From assembly GCF_964355755.1 (NCBI RefSeq), contig NC_092671.1:38202304-38266303 (forward strand): a DNA stretch of 64,000 nucleotides, read 5' to 3'. The stretch comes from Antedon mediterranea (Eukaryota; Animalia; Echinodermata). How positions within the stretch are numbered: position 1 is the stretch's first letter; the number at the start of each line of letters is the position of its first letter. The translations under genes and the position numbers were made by a program. This document shows positions 53,101 through 62,100 of the stretch, in pieces. The notes beneath the pieces were generated by a model that was given only the letters and a program-made list of their open reading frames with translations, ran no database searches and was not told where the DNA came from.

Positions 53101-56100
53101 GCACGATCAAAACGGTACTGGGTATGATCAACTAGCGTTCGTGTTCCCAACTTATCATCCAATCATAGAAGTACTGATGAAGATGTCAATCTAGTTTGAC
53201 AAAACAAATGTGACTTGTCCAAATATGGTAGTGATATGACATCATCATGTCCAAATATGGGCACATCACATTTTTTTTCACATTAAGTTTGATAGTATAG
53301 ACAGAGCTATAGATATAAACAATAAATAATTTGAAACATTTTACATACAGGAACTTTTAGAATTAGGACGGTCTACTTTATAATAGTGAAACAAAATTAC
53401 ATGTGAACATTCAATATGTATTATAAACAATATATATTCTCAATCTTTTGTAATAATATTCCAAAATAGTATAATAAATGTCATGATTAAAAAAACACAC
53501 TAGTCAAAGCAAAGTCAAATATTAATCACAATCTGAATTTGCAATACCCAATAACATACCCAATGTCATACACTTTAATGCTCTGTCTACACTATCAAAC
53601 TAGTTTGACAAAAACAGTTTGATGTGCCCAAATATGGTAGTGATGTGCCCAAATATGGTAGTGATATGACATCATCATGTCCATATATGGGCACATCACA
53701 TTTTTTTGTCACATAAAGTTTGATAGTGTAGACAGAGCTTTAGCATGCTTAAAGTGTATTAATCCTCTAAGCTCTGTCTACACTATAACAAAAAATGATC
53801 ATATATGGACATGTAATCACTACCATATTTAGGCATATCACTACCATATTTGGGTACATCACACTTTTTTTATCAAACTAGTTTGATACTGTAGACAGAG
53901 CTTTAATCTTTAACCCAACTGTCAAACTGTCCAATATACCTTCCTCCAACTATACCTGATCTAAATCATAACAATCATCTATCAAAATATTCCTATTAAA
54001 GAAAGCAACGTCTTGGAATTGTGATATCATAGAAACATTGGGGTTTTACGTCCTTCTATCTTAAAGTGACATGATGTCATACCAATACCTTGCAACTAAA
54101 TCTCCCAAAATCTACCGAAAGCCCTATCATCAAACATACAGTACAGAATATAGCATACAATTCATTGGAATAGTTTTGATCATACATAAATATGTTGTAA
54201 ACATCTGTAGGCAGCAGCCAGCAGTCAGTCTGGACCTATGAGTCACTTATCAATAATCAAAAGACTTAAACTTACGATACATGCATTCTATCATATGCAA
54301 GATCTTCTTGGTCTTTTCGTCAGCCATTCTCTTTCAGTCCTAGATCATGACTAGGAAAACCGTCAGGAAACAGAGAGGTTAAAGGTTATGTATTATATAT
54401 CATACATTATTCCCATCCTGTGTGTATAGTACAACTATGAAGTAACAACAAGGTCTAAGCTCAAAGAGTATCATAAACACTTCCTGTCTCAGCTATATTG
54501 GAAATTATGCAGCTATATCAAAGCACAGCCTACTTGACAGAGCATGTATTTTTTTGTATAGAACGTTGGATTGTCACAAGTCACGATGTGTATAGAGGTC
54601 AAAGATCATAAAGCTGATTGTACTGAAATAGCAATATGCAATCAAGTTTTACTACAATGCTGAATAGAGAGAAAAAAGGGTGTTTTAAGTCAATCATTAG
54701 CTTTAAAGTGGCCTTGACATAAGCCTAGCATATGTGAGTCATTCAAGAAAACCAAGTTCATAATCAAGAAGGGTTCTTTCTCATTGCTTGAAACGGTGTG
54801 AGGAACTCATACTAACAGGTAAGCAGTTTGTTTGTTTATTGTTTTCAATATTAACTTGATGTGCATTTAATTAAAATGCTGTCGTGTTTAGGATAGTCTG
54901 GGATGGTTTAGCTATGAATATTAAATTAGCTTAATCCACAGTTATAGGAAGTAAACGCTACCCACTTGATCCAACGAACGGGCAATGGTAAACACACAAC
55001 AATTTAACAAAAGAGAAGAGGATTTAAATTTGTTGATATTTAAGGTATTTATATTGAATGCATATTATATTCAAATAGATGTGTTGTTGTTTCTTTAGCA
55101 AGTATATTCATTTTAAAGCTTATTATGTGAAGTTTAATCTAACTCATAATAAGTTTTCCTAGTTGGGGCTCAGGTAAGGAAATGTCACAATCTAAAGCTC
55201 TGTCTACACTATCAATTAATTTGACACAAAAGTGTGATGTGCCCAAATATGGTAGTGATATGCTTAAATATGGTAGTGATATGACATCATCATGTCCATA
55301 TATGGGCACATCACATTTTGTTGTCACATAAAGTTTGATAGTGTAGACAGACCATTGTACAAAGTGTTGGTGGAGTGGGCAAAAACTTCAATACATAGTC
55401 TTACAGTTTAACTATATATTTATTTATCATTATATCTTTGTGGGTTTATATATTGCACTACATTGTTCTAGGTAGCATTGGTGGGTAGAAATGGTTGATG
55501 CAAATAATGTATTTTAAATATAAATATTTTTCTTTAAAATAATATATCACACACTGGACATTTTACAAATATCACTGAATAACTTACACTATTTATCTAA
55601 TATACTTAATTATTTATAAAGGCGGACACAGTATAACACTAATTAATATTTGTACAGTTAAGTTGAATAAATAATGACCAACAAAAACTGAACCAAACAA
55701 CAAGTTACCAGCAATTTCTATCAATATAATAAAAAATTAACTAAAACATCCATGGCGGCCAAATCTACTGTATCAAAACAATATTCAAATTTCAATGAGC
55801 TATTTATATGAACACTCCCAGTTTCGCTAAACACAAACAGGAAATAAAACAAATTAATATCAAATAACTTACAAAATCTTTAGGAATTTGATCAAATTTC
55901 AATGAAAAAAAAAATTAACTGAGAAAACTTAATAAAACATGGGAAAATTAATGAAAAACATTGAATAAAATCTTTGCAAATACACTTTTTATTGGGACGT
56001 GTATCTGATTTTTGTACCCACCCTAGAGTTACACTAAAAGATCTCACCACTAGTCTAAAACCTGTTGAAATTCACTTTCAACTTCTAATGCGAACACACC

Positions 56101-59100
56101 CATAATAATACACAATTGAATATTAATTATTATACTAAACTTAAATGGACAAAATCTATGAAACACCCATAATAAAGAGCGGATGAAGAAAATACAAAAT
56201 ATAAAATTTGTAAGAGTGCAAAAACCAACCAAATCTAAGATTTTAAAAAGTGTTAATTTTACTTAATTATTATATAATTTAATAAAAATGATAAAACTTG
56301 AAAGACTTTATATCTCATTGTCAGATGACCTTTGACCCAATTTCTAGTTATTTTAAGCTCAATCTGCAATGAAATTGATCGTTATTTCTCATGGGTATAT
56401 ACAATCATCTTTTTACTCACCGAATTCAGGATTAACGAGCATTCCGCCAGATCGCTTCACATCGTCAAACTTTGCATAAATTATTGATAATCTGAAATAA
56501 ACCAATCAGAATAAACGCTTGTTATCCTCTTTGCATTCGGCAGTCAATAACTTTATGTGTGTAATCTCACAAAGATTACAATTAAGTAATTAGATTGGAA
56601 AAGTTATTTATGGATTCAGTAGGCATCACACTATCAAATTAAATGTGATGTGCCCATATATGTACCTGATGATATCAATACCATATTTGGGCATATCAAT
56701 ACCATATTTGGGCATATCACTACCATATTTGGGCACATCACACTTTTTTTGTCAAACTAATTAGATAGTGTTGACAGAGCCTTAGAAATATTATATTTAT
56801 AAATGAAGAAGGACCATAGATTTGCAAAATAAAACCTACTATCATCTACCAACATACTTCGAGCTATTAACTTGATGACCTTTGAACTTAAATTCAAATT
56901 CATGTTGACCTTTGAACTTAAATTCACATTCATGTTGACCTTTGAACTTAAATTCACATTCATGTTGACCTTTGAACTTAAATTCACATTCATGTTGACC
57001 TTTGAACTTAAATTCACATTCATGTTGACCTTTGAACTTAAATTCACATTCATGTTGACCTTTGAACTTAAATTCACATTCATGTTGACCTTTGAACTTA
57101 AATTCACATTCATGTTGACCTTTGAACTTAAATTCACATTCATGTTGACCTTTGAACTTAAATTCACATTCATGTTGACCTTTGAACTTACCTTGATGAT
57201 GGTATTCCTTTCTTTCCCAAGTCTACCCTCACCTTCTCGCCAACATGTCTGTATATTTCAACAAGTGTGTTGATCGCTGTGTCCCTTACCTATGCAACAA
57301 AACAGAAAATACCGTAAAGTTAATTAATTACATGTCATTAAAAAAATCTTAATTACCAACATTAACTAACAGGAAATAGTGAATGATAACCAAAGTACAC
57401 TAAATGTGGAATTTGCTCATCTTAAAATTCTTTAAATATTTTTATAACTTTGATATTTGACAATAAAAACAATGTTTAAAAAGGTTAATTATTATTGTCA
57501 AGTATCCATTAAGAAATTATGTACAACAACTTTATGGCTAGCTAAATATTTTCAGAATAGATTTTAAAGAAATTGAATTTTCGGGAATGTTTCTAGTTTT
57601 CTCAATGTAAGAGAAAAGTTTGTTTTGGAATGATCCATATTTCCGCAAGGATATTTCATATTTTCCTATAAATTGGGAACTAACTTTCACACCTATAAAC
57701 CAGTCGCTATAAACCCCTTCTATAAAGATGTGGTCAAGTTAATACATTAGTGAGACGGCATATTTGAAATAGCTTACCTTAGGTAATTTATCATTAACAA
57801 TTTATTAAAATATTACAACTGATCAGCTTCAGACAGTTGCACATCTCTTTTAAAATCAATTTAGTAATAATTTACTTTTAAATTATGATTGCTAAATTGT
57901 TAATTCTAAATTACCCATTAATTTTAAGAGCATTTGATAAACAAATTAATAATGTTAGTATCTTAAATATTACACTAGGTTAGATGAGCTGTCATCAAAT
58001 TAATTTATCAAAACTATTTATACTTACTTTTGCTTCGTTATCAAATGATGCCATTTAATATTTTAATAATTATATATAAACTAATTGCTATTAAAAAAAT
58101 ACCATGCGACATATATAAACTCTGAATCGTTTTGCGTCAAAATATACGCATTGAAGCTAACTAACGACCTAAATGTGACGCATAGGACCAGGTGATTTTG
58201 AGATCATCACGTTTATCCGTGTTTGGAGCGAGCTTTAGCTTTTAATTCTAGCCTTTTCAAAAGATGAAGTTGACAAGTTTCATTATCGTGTCAGGTATTT
58301 TCAACTGGTTTGTGTGCCCTTGTCGCCGTTAATGCATTGCCTAATCCGTTGATTTATTGCGGCAATTAGCATTCCTCAAACTGGTTTTATACGTCGGTTG
58401 GAAGCGATAATTAGCTCATCAACTAGTATACACGATTTCTAATTTAATAACGATTGAAGGTCACGGATAATATTAAACAATAACAAACATAAATTGTAGA
58501 AGACATGAAAAAAATCACTGATGTCTCGCACGATCATTAAAATGTTTTGGAATCAAAATCAAAACCGGTATAAAAATTAAATTTAAAAAGTCATTAAAAT
58601 CATAATACAGTCAACTCTCCCAATACTGGTCTGGTATTCCAAAAAGTATTTTGAATGTGTTTCTAATGGTAAATATGAATTTGAGACATTTTGAACCTTA
58701 AGAAAAGTCTGGTTTTGGGAGAGTTTCTGGTTTTAGAGAGTTCAATATTGGGAGAGTTGACTGTACAATATTTTAAATGATATAAAGTTTAGGCAGTACA
58801 CTACAGTGTTTATACATAGTACTTTATAATAATAATATGTTCAAATATGGATACAGTATAGTTTGAAGGCAGTACAGCATATTTAGTGCATTATATTATT
58901 AGAACAAATTATAAATGTTTTTCTCCATAAAGGCCAATTTACACAGATAAGCAAAAACGGTAATAAAAATATTGAATCTATGTATTTCTTATGATCATAC
59001 ACAAAACGCGGAGTGGACGGGCGGTTTCCGCTCAGGATAAAAGATATGATTCTATGTGGGACAAGCTACACAATTTTCCGCTTACCATTATCGCACGTTT

Positions 59101-62100
59101 GTGTAAATTGGCCTTAAAATGACTAAAATATTACCTGGCTGTTGGGATCACCTAAGAGTTTACAAATGGATGGAACAAGCTTTGAAAGAACAAGGGAGCC
59201 AGCTCCGTATCTGAAATGACAAAAGTACAAATTCACCAATACTATCAATCATACAGATAATTTTAACTAACAGTGTGATAGTAGTAGTAATTGTGCAGAG
59301 ATAGCTTGGGTCACCTAGTCTTAATGTGTTACCACAGCCAAGAGTTATTAAAGAATATTTTACTAAAACCAAATCAAGTATTAGACTTTTGGTCAGATGT
59401 TTTTGCCCTACTCTGATGTATTGTAAAAGTAGGGCAAACACATCTGACGCAATTACAATCCTATTAGAGTTTTAAGACCTTCCATTCTGTTCAAGAACTC
59501 CAAACCAGCAACTACAATACCCAATCAAAACCGTTTAAAATGTTTATGGAAATGCTACAAAATGATTTTGTTTAAATTAAAAGTGATGATGTATCAAATT
59601 ACAAAAATACAGTGTGTATGTGCAGCATTCTACTGACAAAATGAGAAATTTACAGATAAAATACTACAAAAAACATAACAAATAACAACATATACTAAGT
59701 GATACTCTATCAACAAACAATAAATGAACAAACAAATTAGGACACCTAGAACATAACACAGAAACTATATTGTAGAATTTTTTATTTTAACCACATGTAA
59801 AAGATGATAAAAGTAATATAAAATAACGAATAGCATACCGGTCCTTCTCACTGCCAAGATGGTAGCATTAATAAAAATTGAACGATAATTATTAATATAT
59901 TAAAATAAATTTAGTAAAACATGAAAATCTTCACAATTAGCATAATAAAAATATATTTAGATAACAAACAAACAAACTTTTTAGCTAAACTGTAGAGGGC
60001 AGAAAGCCAAATGCTATAAATTTAAATGTACCATACTGAATTGAATACCTGTAGGCCAAACATTGTATATGCTGATCCTCAAGCATTTAGGGTTGGCAAG
60101 TTAAGTATGGTACTCACTAAAATTATCATTTAAAATATTAAAAGCAGCTTTTCAATTAAAATTCTAAATCCTTTCTTTCCTTGGCAATTTTTTATGTTTA
60201 TATTGTCAGGGAAGAGTGAATTCTCCCTGATATTGTTTAATTATAAAGCTTATAAATAGAGGGCAGTAGACAGATTTTGTATCTCCACATGAAATCCTAA
60301 AATATAATGAGATCAAATCAGGGTTGGCCTACTGTTGTGTTAATTGCACTAAATTGTACACAGAATTATATTACATACTGGTTTTTATGTCCAACTCCAC
60401 ATGTCTTCATTAATTATAAGTCCCCATGCTAATTTTTCAACAAAACAACTGTAATCTTTTAATTAAATATTAACATTAAAGGTTGTTTTTCAAATTTTGT
60501 CAGAATAGTGTGTTATCATTTATAATGTTGATATTGATTGATATTGATTGATATTGGTTGATATTTATTGATATTGATTGATATTTATTGATATTGATTG
60601 ATATTGATTGATATTTATTGATATTCTTAATAGAATACTTACATATTTATTGTTTGTTGCAGACAATGTAAAACTTCTTCTCGCACTCTCCAATTTTTAT
60701 GTACAAAGGCTTTCATAAGTCGTTCAAAAACATACTGCAAGAAAAACATTTGTTACCAATTATAATAAATATACTATGTATTGTCTTTTAAAATGTTATA
60801 GTACCCAAAAGGAACACAAATATGTAATCCATTTATGTAGTTTAGCTGACGAGGAGGAACTGGGGGATAAAAATGATGTACTTACAAACAAAGGATAGTA
60901 GTTACCATTTAGGAGATTCAAAAGATTGGAAATGACGTTACACGAAGAAGTGTCCTCTGGGGTGGTTTAATGACGAACCAGAACGGTTTACTTGTGGATA
61001 AACAAAGTTGAATAATCTGTGATGATGATGTATGATGATGATGATACAGCATGATAATGATGATAAAAATGATGATGATGATGATGATGATAATGATGAT
61101 GACAATGATGATGCATGATGATCATGCATGATGATGATGATGATAATGATTACAGTATATGGTTTTAAATTTATATAGCGCAAAATACAAATAGTCTCTA
61201 TGTAATGACGATATGATAATGATTATAATTTTTCTAATCAGTGATGATAATGATTGTGATAAGTTTGTTATTAATCTGTGATGATATGATGACTATTAAT
61301 ACTAACCTGTGATGATGATACAGCCATCAATTTCTGTATTAAAGCTTGGGCATCCTCTCGTACCTACCGTATGTTTATAAAGAAGAAAATGATTAAGAGA
61401 AAATAGTAACAATATTCCTGAATTATTTGTTTTATTATTACCCGTATCATTACTAGTAATGAACTATTTATTACCTATATCAATCATACTACTGTACTAG
61501 GACAAAACATTTAGTAGAACTTTATAACTGTAGATTTTACCAGTTATATTAATTACTACCATTAAGTAGGACTTCATAACTATAGGAATGTCCTATTATT
61601 TGTTCCACTGCTAAAGCTAAATAGCATAGCGAATAAAAGTAAACATTCACTGTTTATTAAGAAAACTTTTTGTGTTTTGATGTAAAATGAACTATACACT
61701 ATCCATTAATTGCATCAATCAACATACCATTAGTAAACTGATGTTCAATTTAAAACGAAATGTCCTTTTATATGTAATTTACCCTCTCTCTCTTTGTATA
61801 AAGCTCTGTTTACACTATCAAACTTTATGTGACAAAAAATATGATGTGCCCATATATAAACATGATGTCATATCACTACTATATTTGGGCACATCACACT
61901 TTTTTTGTCAAACTAGTTTGATAGTGTAGACAGCGCTTTACGAATAGTTGATATTGGCCTCTCACTGTATAGACAGTATAACTAAGTCATACAGTATGTA
62001 GATGGCCAGTAGATAGGCTTAATATACAAACACACATTTAATTAATTAAAGATGAATCCATCATAACATAGATCAAATGACAACGTATACATTGAATACA

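Noticed and set aside
56757-57273. 138-aa and 133-aa repeat ORFs
   Set aside because: 30-bp minisatellite without stops; only 57192-57289 is real coding sequence.
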